This document shows positions 27,396 to 37,500 of a stretch of 64,000 nucleotides of DNA, in pieces (position 1 is the stretch's first letter; each line of letters begins with the position of its first letter). The notes below the pieces were generated by a model that ran no database searches, was not told where the DNA came from, and saw only the letters and a list, made by a program, of their open reading frames with translations. The DNA comes from Caecitellus pseudoparvulus. Taxonomy: Eukaryota > Protista > Bigyra: Bicosoecida. The stretch spans positions 1 to 64,000 of the forward strand of contig CBFFRQ010000078.1 of NCBI GenBank assembly GCA_965644315.1, read 5' to 3'. The translations under genes were made by a program, and so were the position numbers.

Positions 27396-30300
27396 TCAGA
27401 ACACTTCCTTGTGCAGCACGAAGCGAACGTCGCCGCCTGGGTTGCCGGCGCCGGCGTCCTGGTCAGCCAGGCTCGGGCGGCGGCCCTGCAGGCTGCGCAG
27501 CTGGCTGTGCTTCTCGCAGTTCTTCTTCAAGTCCTTGCCAATGACTGGGGCGCCACAGAAGCAGACACCCACGTCTCGGAAGCGGCTGTCACGGCGCGCC
27601 TTGACGTGCTTAAACACTGTGTCCCAATCTGGGCGGCCATTCCACAGCCACACATCCTGCATGCGGTTGCGCGCGTTGTCGGGGTCGCTCATGACTCGGG
27701 CCATGTTCTTGGAGCTGGCTGGCGGGTGGTGCATGGCGGTCATGAGCTGGGCGGGGGAGAAGGGCGCCATGGCCTGCATGGCGGGGGGCAAGCGAGCATT
27801 GTCCTCCAGGGGCGGCACCTTCATGTTGTTGTCCACACGCGTCACGAAGACGTGGATCTCGATGTGGTTCAGGGCGTTGACGTTGCGGGCGGCAATGTCG
27901 CGCGCCCGCTCTGCCTGCAGCTCCGCCAGCAGCTGCACGAACCACTGGAAGGCCCGGATCTCACTCTGGCGGATGACCCAGTAGAAGTACAGCTGCTCGG
28001 GGAAGTGCCCCTTCTTCCACTTGTACCGCAGGACAGCGCGGAGGATGGCGGCGCTAGGGGTGAGGCCGATGCCCGCCCCCACCACGATGCTGGCGTGGTA
28101 GGAGGAGTAGTGCACGCTGGGCGCGGTGTGTGGACCGTCCACCCGGATGAGCTGCTGGCCGTCAGGGCCAGTGAGTTTGCCCACGACACGCTCCCCGCGG
28201 TTGTTGCGCCGGTACAGGACGAAGGGGTACTCGCCGGTGGGATTCATGGTGTTCAGGAGGTCCTTCAGGCGCTCCGTCCAGCCACCCTTGTGCACACGGA
28301 TGTGCAGGGAGACGAAATCCATCATGTCCAGGTCACCCCGCGCGCTGCTGATGGTGAAGGGGTGCCACTCGTTGGCGCTCAGCGTGGGGGCGTTCAGGTA
28401 CACGTACTGCCCCTCCACGAACTGCATGTCGTCGCGGTCGTGGGGCACCCACTCCAGGCACAGGACGGGGTCGATCCACTTCACTGCCCGCAGGTAAATC
28501 TTGCGTGAGCCGCGCTGCACACGCCAGATGCGCTCCAGCACGTAGCCGATCATGGGCACGATGGTCCAGTACACGAACACAGGGCCGTGGAAGACCTGGG
28601 CGATGTAGAACAGCGCGAACATGTTGTGGGAGAACCAGAAGATCTCGTACTGGGCGTGCTTCACCTTGTCGCTGGCGCCGGTGTAGATGAAGAACATGGC
28701 GATGCAGATGAGGGCGCCAGTCACCCAGGGGGCCTTGGGCACAGAGCCGAACCAGGGCGGCGTGAGGGTGTTGGGGAAGATCTCCAGCGTGGCCTGGGCT
28801 GCCATGGAGTAGTTGACGAAGTGTGCCGCGACGTGCCCCACCGCCAGCACGAACACCCACCGGGCGATGAGCTTGTGCAGCAGGATGTTCTTGCGCAGGG
28901 GCACGTACGTGGCGAGAGCAGCAGCGTCACCCGAGCCGCAGCGAATGTTGTTCAGCAGCTTGATGAGCCCGCGCAGCACGGGCAACAGGAGCAGGGCGCA
29001 GTTCAAGTTCAACAGGCCACCGCACACCTTGGCCCACGGCGCCCACTTGCTCAGAGGCTTGACGCACTTGTCGGCGTTGACAGGGTCCTCCAGGCGGCAC
29101 GTGTCGAAGGCTGCTGGCATGCCGTCCACGACCTTGTTCCAGACGATGGCCAGGGTGATGCCCAGCCCCAGGTTCACGCCCACGTACGCCAGTAGCACGA
29201 GCCACTTGCCCACCTCGCCTGCTTCGATCTGCTGGATGAACCACAGGCGCACGCGCTCCAGGTAGGGCTTGCCTGCCAACGCCTTGGCTTCGTCAGAGGC
29301 GGGGGGGCGCCCCCCACCCCGGCGGCGCAGGCTGTTCTCACCCTTGCACTCCTCACCTCGCAGGGTGGCGGTGAGGGCCGTGGCGCCGGTGATGAGCAGG
29401 GCCGTGCCAGCCAGGGCAGAGGCGTAGGACGTGAACATGGGCAGGCTCAGGATGATGTACAGCAGGCCTCGCAGGGGCAGCGCCGCCAAGGCAGACTCGG
29501 TCGGGTTGCACCCGCCGCAGCAGCCGTTGAGCAGGGGGTACCGCAGGGCCGTACCGTATTCGAACAGGTACAGCAGGACGCCCGTGCCGCCCGTGTAGTA
29601 GCCAATGATCTCAGAGGACTGCGAGGCGGCCAGGGCATCGCCCTGTGTCGCCCAGAGCCACGCAGCCACGCCGAAGAGCAGGCACCAGGCCACCGTCATG
29701 TGGGCCATGTTGCGAGCCCAGAAGCCGTACTGCAGCTTGCGCCCCTGGCGCCGAGTGCAGAGGCCCTGCAGGCCGTCCTCCGTCGCAAAGGCGCTGCGGG
29801 CTGCCTTGGCCGAGGCGGCTCGGGTGGCCGTGGCGCCAGGGGGGGAGGCAGCGCCAGCCTGCAGGGGGTTGCCAGAGCCAGCATCTGCCGCACCCGTGAG
29901 CACGGCACCGGAAGCACGGGGCGTGGAGGAGCCGCGGGTGGGGGCTGCAGGTGGCACAGCTGGGCGGGCGCCGTCGGAGGGACGTCCGCCTGCCGACCCC
30001 ACCAGCCGCTCGACGTAGTTGTCAGGCACAGTGCCCTTGTGGCCGTCAGGCGTTTCCGCCGTCCACCACTGCCCGTCCAAGTTGAGTCCGGTGATGATGT
30101 CACCAGCACGCACAGTGAGGTCACCTGCAGTGAAGGCAGGGTGCGGTGTCGCGGGGGTGGGGAGGAGGAGGCGCGTGAGCGGCGGGTGAAGTGCGAGGCA
30201 CGGTGTGCAAGCATCAGCCGGCCACGGCTCAGCACAGGCGCCGGCGAGCAGGGAGGCAGCCCCCGGCGAGATGGCGAGAACACACGACACAGAAGATTGG

Positions 30301-30450
30301 CGCTGGCCACTCCATGTTGCGGCGCCGGCAGCAGCGCGTGCTTGGTCGGGCCTGGCCCGTGCATGGCGTTGGCAGTCGCGGCGACGCCTCACCCTTCGCT
30401 TGCCCTTCGTACGTGTACAGCACACGCAGCTTGACGTTGGAGGAAGACAT
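27396..30450 (-). CDS. NADPH oxidase fusion: SH3, p22phox (cytochrome b558 alpha)-like module, NOX2/gp91phox-like core. Exons 30450-30393 and 30124-27396, 928 aa
   Basis: A phase-1 intron GTGAG...CTGCAG (30392-30125) yields the SH3 LRVLYTYEGQAKGDLTVRAGDIITGLNLDGQWWTAETPDGHKGTVPDNYVERL. NOX motifs: LNLNCALLLLPVLR, heme His pairs HKLIARWVFVLAVGH and HNMFALFYIAQVFHG, VTG, EWHPFTISS, VDGP, GAGIGLTP, YFYWVIR, GRPDW, FCGAP and HKEVF. No EF-hands. Confidence 0.92.
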
Positions 30451-30635
30451 CTCTCGGGTGGAGAAGGTGGACAGACCGGCCGTGTGGGGGGCTCGTGGCA
30501 CAGAATCAACCTTGGACCTGGCGGGAGCAGCCATTGCAGGGGGCGCCGCAAGGTGCGCGGCTCGTGCAGTTCGTCAGACGGGGGCAGCAGCAGCACCACA
30601 CGCGGCACTGCAGCAAGAACTTGTCGACGTTGAAT

Positions 30636-31918
30636 TTACATGCGGGCTGTGCTGCCCCCCACGGCGCTGCTTGCCGTGCTGTGCACACGGAGGGGGGCGC
30701 CACCCACTTGCGACACTTGCGCCGCTCTGAAGCGCCGCAGGACGCGGGCGGGCTTGACGTTCAAGAAGTCAGTGGGCAGCAGCTCAGGCACATCGCTGGC
30801 CAGCGCCCGCACGTCGGCTGTGCTGGGCAAGCCCTTCGCCAGCTGCTGCGCGAGGCCTGTCAAGGCAGACGGCACCTCGCCCGGGAAGTGAGCCGCCAAG
30901 GCTTGCTGCAGGGCGGTCACTGCTGCCGCTCGTTTGGCGCGCAGGGACTCCCTGAGGGCCTCCACAGACGCTTGGATGGCTGCCCCGCTGACGTCCTGCG
31001 GCTGTTCTGGGAACAGCGCAGCGGCGTGTTGCAGGACGAAACGCACGTCGGCTAGGCGTGGCACGCCTGCCAGCACGCTGCGCACCATGGCCTCCACCTG
31101 CGGGGGCTCTACCCTGTCAAAGTACACTGCTCGCAGCTTGCTTTCCAGCTGCGTGGACAGCTGCTTCCGTGTGTTGTCGCGCTGCAGGGTTCGCAGCGCC
31201 GCCTGCACTGCGGGCAGGCTGGCTTCCTCCAGGGAGGCCGGGAACAAGCGTGCTGCGTTGCGGATGAGGGTCCTCAAGTCTCGTGGCTGGGGCAGGGCCG
31301 AAGCCACTGCTTGGGTCAGCGCATCAATGCCCTCTGCGCCTTGTGGCGTGTCCGCTGCTTCCGGGTACACTTTCAGCCGCAGTTCCTGCCGCAGCTGGGT
31401 TGCCAGGGATGCGTGCTCCTGGTGGGAGTGCAGCAACCCCATGACGGCCGAGGGGCCACCCTGAGCTGCTGCTGCGCGGGTCGTGGAGTCCATGCGGTCA
31501 AGCGGCAGCTCCAGCTGCACCAGGCGCGGCAGGGCAGAGACCTCGTCAGGCAGGGCGCTGATGAGTGTCTCCCGCAAGTCCAAGTGGCGCAACTTTTTAC
31601 ACTTGCCCACGCTAGGAGGTATGGACATGATGGGGTTCCCATTCAGCCACAGCTCCTCGAGTCTGCCATGGCCGCGCGGGGGAGGGGAGTGCCGGCAGGC
31701 GTTTCTTGGAGTTTCACATGCGAAACGTACGAAGTCAGCTGTCCCAGCGCATCTGGGAGGGTGGTCAGGTTGTTGTGGCCCAAATCCAGCCGAACTAGGC
31801 CCGAGATGGAGAACACTTCCCTCGGAACTCGATCCAGAGCAAGGTGGGGCAAGTGCAAGACGTGGGTTTGGGCCGCTTGCGCCAGCAAGGCCTGCAGGCG
31901 GTGGCTGCCGATCTCCAT
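30636..31918 (-). CDS. Leucine-rich-repeat protein with three C-terminal helical repeats. Exons 31918-31731 and 31662-30636, ~404 aa
   Basis: LRRs LVRLDLGHNNLTTLPDALGQLTS|LEELWLNGNPIMSIPPSVGKCKKLRHLDLRETLISALP, joined across a 68-nt GTACGT...CAG intron. Start codon uncertain. Confidence 0.8.
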
Positions 31919-32029
31919 GCCCCGTAGCGGTTTCGTGGACCTGCTCACGGCGCACGCCACAGAGACGTGAAGCCTGGATGCGCCAGCCACGCATCCTTGC
32001 GTCTGGCTGTGTGAATTGGCAAGGCGGCG

Positions 32030-34493
32030 CTACTGCCCCTCCCACGAGGCCATGTGCCGCAGCTCGCCAGTGACAGCCATGTGGTCCGTCTCATCTTCGA
32101 TAGGCTCCCCGATCAGCTCCTCAATGACGTCTTCCAGCGTGAGCAGGCCCAGCACACGCACGGTGGGCGGCGGCGGCACCCCCTCATCCAGCGCAGCGTT
32201 CAGCTCAGCCACGTTCTCTGTGATGACAGCCATGTGGCTGCGGCCCAGTTGAAACGCATTCAACGCATCAAACATGGGTGTGGCCGGGTGCATGACGAGC
32301 GGGCGCCCCAGGCTCAAGCTGCTGACAGGTGTGCTATCTGTAGGTGGGCGGCAGTGTGCGGTGGCAGGTGGAGTCAGCGCAGGCGGTCGGAGAGTGCAGG
32401 TTGCGGCAACGCACCATCGGGGTCACACTTGATGAGCAACTTGACGATGAGCAGGCCCACGATGCAGTCCCGGCGGCCATTTGCAAAGACTGGCACTCGA
32501 CTATGCGACGACTCCAAGATGTGGCTCATCTGCGCAGGGCGGTGGTTGGGGGGCGGAAATTGTGCGGCGTCGGCAGCAGGTGCAGCCTGCGTATCGCGGG
32601 CCACGCACCACTTCGTCTGAGAGGACGTCCTCGGTGGACAACAAGTACGCCTTGTCCAGGGGAGTCATGCGTGTGAGCACGGTTTTCGAGCGCAGGTCCA
32701 GGGTGGCGCTGATGATGGTCACTTCGTCAGCGCTGAGCATGTGACTTTCCATGTGTGCTTCGCCCTCCTCCTCCCCGCCCTCGTCGGCGCCCGCACCATC
32801 CTGCAGCAGGGGTGTGTTCAACGACGCTGCTTTTTTCTTGTGACTCTTGCGTGTGGCTGAGGCGGCCCCGCCGCTGGCGCCAGGCGCGCCAGATTGCTTC
32901 GCCACCACCAGCATTGCCGCCGCTGGCGCCTTGGCGCCGTCACCCGCTAGGGCGGGCGTGCTGCCTGCCCGGCGCAGCGCCTTGCCTGCCCCCTTGCGTT
33001 CTCGAGACACGGCGTCCACTGCAGCCAGGTACTGTCCCGCGCGCCCCGCCATGCTGACGAGGTTTTTGTGCAGGTCGCGCCCCCGCACCTTGTGCACACC
33101 GTACACGACCCCCCCCTGCCCCGCCCCACCCCGCCCACCACGCGCATCCCACGGCACCACTGTGCCCGTGCCGGCTTGCACACGGGCCAGCGTGGCGGCG
33201 TCAGGCAAGGACGTCTGTCGCGCGATGACGTCAGTGTCGCCACCGCTCTGCATCGGGTGGTCAGTCAGCGCATCCACAGTGGACGAGGCGCCTGCCGGCT
33301 GCACGGGCACGACAGTGTCAGGCGCCGGGCTGTGGGGGGCTGGCTGCAGCTGGCCAGACCCGCCCAGCGGGCGCATGATGCTGCCTGAGCCCTGGAACAC
33401 CGACTGCGGTGCCTGTGCCCGCAGACGCTCAAGCGCGTCACCGTCTGATGCGCTGCGCTGGACAGATGTGACGGGGCCCAGGGCGGTGGGGGCGCCCGTG
33501 TCTGGCCCCGCCTCGCCCTGCTGTCCGGCAGTCTCTGCCGTCACGGCGTGCAGGCGGATGAACTCCTTCAGCTCGTGGCGCTGGAAGCGCAGGCCGTGGT
33601 CGTGTCCCAGCCACCAGTCCAGAAGGGCGGCGATGGGGGCGGCGACGGGGTACATGAGCACCACCACGATGTACATGAGCCACGTCAGGCGTGCCGCGAT
33701 GGCCAGTTGGCTGGGGCCGGTGAAGATGCTGGACGGCAGGATCTCTGAGGTGGGGAGTGGAGTGGGAGTATGTGTGTGGCGGGAGGGGCAGCGAGGCTTC
33801 AGCACGCACCTGCGAAGATGAGCACCGCAGTGACAGACAGGATGATGGCGCCCCAGGACGGCAGGAGCTGGTCCGTGACGAGGGGCAAGGCTTCGTTGGC
33901 GCTGGCGTTGCCCAGCAGCAGCGTCACCAGGGTCAGGTGATGCCTGTCCACGAAAGGCTTCACTGTCTTGGCCATGGCTTGCTGTTCGGGGGTGCCGGAG
34001 GAAATGAGAATCTGAATGTACGTGGGGTCCATGGAGACAAAGCCCATGGTCAAACCTGTGAGCGGCGCGCGTGGAGGGCATGTCACGCAGGCAGCTCGGA
34101 GTGCACTGCTCAAGATGCCTGCGGAATCTGCCCCTCACCGGCCATCGTCCCCGACACAGCCACGAGCAGCACAGTCAGCCCGATGTTGGTCCACCACAGC
34201 GGCGTGAGAGGTTCATGTTCATCAGCCTCGGAAGCTTTCAACGCCCTGGGAGCTGGCGCTGCCTCGCCAGTCCACGTCGCTGGCGCACCTGCGCAGCTGG
34301 TCTCCAGCAGCGGGCACAGCACTCCGGCCTGAGCGGCAGCTTGCAGGGCAGGCAGAGCCAGTTGGCCGGAGGCCGGGCATCCTGGAGACCAAGTCAAGGC
34401 AGAGGCCTCGCACAGGGCCCACTGTGAGGGGCAGGCCAGGAGCTGTGCACAGAGGCCGGCTGTGGCCACTGCCACTGCACCTCCCGCCACCAT
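32030..34493 (-). CDS. CNNM/DUF21-CBS domain metal (Mg2+) transporter, MAM3-like, multi-exon
   Basis: DUF21 motifs VSGTMAG|LTMGFVSMD, HHLTLVTLLLGNASANEALP, AIILSVTAVLIF and EILP. CBS motifs MTPLDKAYLL, SHSRVPV, IVGLLIVK, LNAFQLGRSHMAV and GLLTLEDVIEELIGEPIEDETD. These are spread over several frames separated by short introns. Confidence 0.88.
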
Positions 34494-34589
34494 GCCGACT
34501 CAGCGCAGGCAAGGGGGGGTGGGCTCGCGCTGCACGCAGCAGAAAACAGTGCATTCACATGGGGCCGTGCGGGAGTTTGGTCCCTGGCG

Positions 34590-37500
34590 TCAGCGGGGCA
34601 AGCCGCGCCCTGCACCCCCCCTCAGCTGCGCGTTGGACCCCCCCGTGACACCCCTCACCCCCCCCTCCGCCTCCTTGCGCTTGAGCAGCGCGTCCCTCCG
34701 AGCGGCGTACTCCTGCGCCCAGGCCGCGCCCCCCACTTCGTCCCTGTGCACGCCGTCGGACAGCAACCAATCCAGCACTGACTCGTGCAGCACAGTCGTG
34801 GGCTGTCGGCGCAAGGCAGGCACTGGCTGGGCGACGTCAGCCACCCCCTCAGCCTCTTCAGTAGGGTGGCGGGGCGGGAGCCCACCTCGCGGTGCCGGTG
34901 CGCGGCGGCGTGCAGCACCACCCCCCTGAGGGTGGACTGAGGGTGCAGGCGGGGTGGCAGGCCGTGGGGGTGTGGGGCGCTGCCGCACCTCCTCCGCATC
35001 CAGCAGAGTGCCGTCAGCGTGGCGGGGGGGCACGTACGACGGCATCCACACACGCTTGGGCGTGGTGCCCTGGCGTCCTGCACTGGAGGACCGCGAGGAG
35101 GGGGGGGGGACCCCGCCCCCCCGTGTTGGCGTGTGCAGGGGCCGTCGCCGGCGACCCACTGAGTCAGAGCGCGCTCGCGCCCGGCCAGTCACACTGGGTG
35201 CTGCTCGCCGGGTCCGGCGGCCCCGTGTGCCACGGACAGGCTGGCGTCCGCGGCGAGCACCGCCCTCACTCCCCTCCTCGCCACTGCTGCTCCGGGATGC
35301 GGCGTCGGTTCGCCGATGGCGGCGGCGGCGTCCACTCCGCTCTGGCCGCGGCGCCTGGGCGGCAGCGGTGGGGCTGGTGCCCGTTTGCGTGCCTGCCTCT
35401 GCCAGGGGGGCATCTGGCCCCACACCTGCATCCACTCCGACAGAGGCAGCTCGACCAGGGGACGGCCGCGCCATGGGACTCTCGGGCTGTGTCCAGGCCT
35501 GACGAGGGGGCGTGTGCACACTGCCAGACACTGAGCTGGACTCGGACGCTGCCGCCACGCGTTTCAAGTGCCGGTAGCGGGAGATATCGTCCGCTAGGGA
35601 AGCCAGGGACAGGCTCTGGTTCCGGGCGGCGCGCGCGGCCGTGTGTGGCACAGAGATGTCTGGACGGGGTCTGGGCGCCACACGCGGCAGGGCTGTTCCA
35701 GGAACACCGGCATCTGGATCGGCCCCCGCCTCAGCAGTGCTGCTGCGCGGGGGGCTGGGCACAGAGCTGGAGCCAGCCATGCTAGCCACGCTGGCGCACT
35801 CTGCCATGGTGCGGTCGATGCTGGCGATGGCGCCCTCACTTGCCGCAAGGGCTTGCGCGACACGGGCCCCCCACAACAGCCGCTCATCGCCGTCCACGTC
35901 CCCTGTGCCCGCCAGCGGCCCTGCCGTGCGCTGGGGCTGGATGGGGGCGGGACTGCCCCCCGTGTCCTCGCCCCCCACCGGACTGCGCACCATGCCCTGC
36001 AGCTCCTCCGTGGACGCCACTTGCTGGGCAGGGGACGCCACGGCAATGGCCCGGATGAAGGCGCGAGGGTCCACGCCGCCAGCACCGGCGCCACTCGCAC
36101 GGGGCGGGAAGAAGGCGCCCTTTGAGCTGGACGTCGCGGCAGGTGGCACGGTGCCCGGCACGGTGGTCGGCCTGGCAGGAGCCAGCCCCGCCAGGGGTCG
36201 TCTGGAGGCGGGGGGCGGCGAGCTGCGGCCGTCGCTGTCCTCTGGCTGGGCGGCTGGGCGTGGTGGGGAAGCAGTCTGGTCTCCGTGGCGTTGACTTTGC
36301 TCGGGCGTGACGGGCGCATGCTCCGGATCCCGCCCCACGCTGGCCATGGCCGCATCCAGGGCTGCCAGCGTGCCAGCCAACTCCGCATGCTCCGCCCCAT
36401 CAGCCCCCTGCGACCCCGGCGACGCGTGCGATAGAGCTGACACTGACGAATCCAGCAGGCTCGTGGCGGCTGACTCCTGCGCCGCCTTCCGAGCGGACAG
36501 TCTGGCCACTTGCCCCTGCAGCTCCTCCACCAGCCGCGCCAGCACACCGCGCTCGGCCACCAGGCGCCGCACACCCACCTCCATCGCAGCTTTCTCTGCT
36601 GTCGCCTCGGCCACAGCACTCTGCAGCCGGCTGTTGTCTTCCAGCAGCGAGCTGTGCACACCCACGAGCGACGCATGAGCCTCGCCCGTCCGCTCCAACT
36701 CTGACTCCGTGGCCAGCAGGTGCTGCCCCAGCGACGACAACTGCTCCCGCACAGCCGCCAGTCCCTCCTCGGAAATGTGCAGTGCCGCCCGCAGCTGCAT
36801 GCTCTCGTCGGCATCTGCGTCGGAAAGGATGGACCGCGCGAAACTCGACGCGTCTGGCCCAGACAACGCGTCGTCCCAGCTCGCCTCCATCCCAGAACGG
36901 GCAGCCCGCCCCGCCAATGCTGCGTGCGCCTCGGCAAGTTGGCGTGTCAGCTCCGCTTTCTCCGCAGCAAGGGCAGCGTGGCGTGCCTTGTGGGCTTGCA
37001 CTGCAGCAGTGACGCCCTGCACATGTGCTGTCAGCTGCGAGAACTGTTGTCGGGCTGTGTCGCGCTCGACGCGCAGCTCCTCAGCTCGCGCCTTCTGTGC
37101 TGCGGCAGAATCAGCGGCACCGGACTCAGCCAGCTGCAATTGTTCACGGGCCAAAGCCAGTTGCTGTTCTGCAAGGATGCGGCCCTGCTCTGCCTCGCGA
37201 AGCGCGCTGGCTGTGCGAGCAGCGGTTTGCATGGCAAGTGTGGCTTCATGCTGCGCAGCGTGGAGTGCGTCTTGCAACTGCTGGGGGGAGGGCCGCCCGC
37301 TTGCACTTTGCGGCCCCTCCGAGGCACTGCTGTCTGATTTGGCTCCTTGCGCCTCCAGCTCAGCGATCCGCTCCTGAGCGGAGGCAAGTCTAGCACTGGC
37401 GTCTTCGTGTGCCAGCGCAGCCTGTTCCTGCGCAACCCTGAGCTGCTCCTGGACAGCCTCGTGCTCATGCTGCAAAGTTGCGTGGTCCGCACGCAAAGCT

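Noticed and set aside
30125-30608. N-terminal ~160 aa of the 1070-aa NOX ORF
   Set aside because: Read-through of intron and upstream sequence. The spliced model restores a complete SH3.
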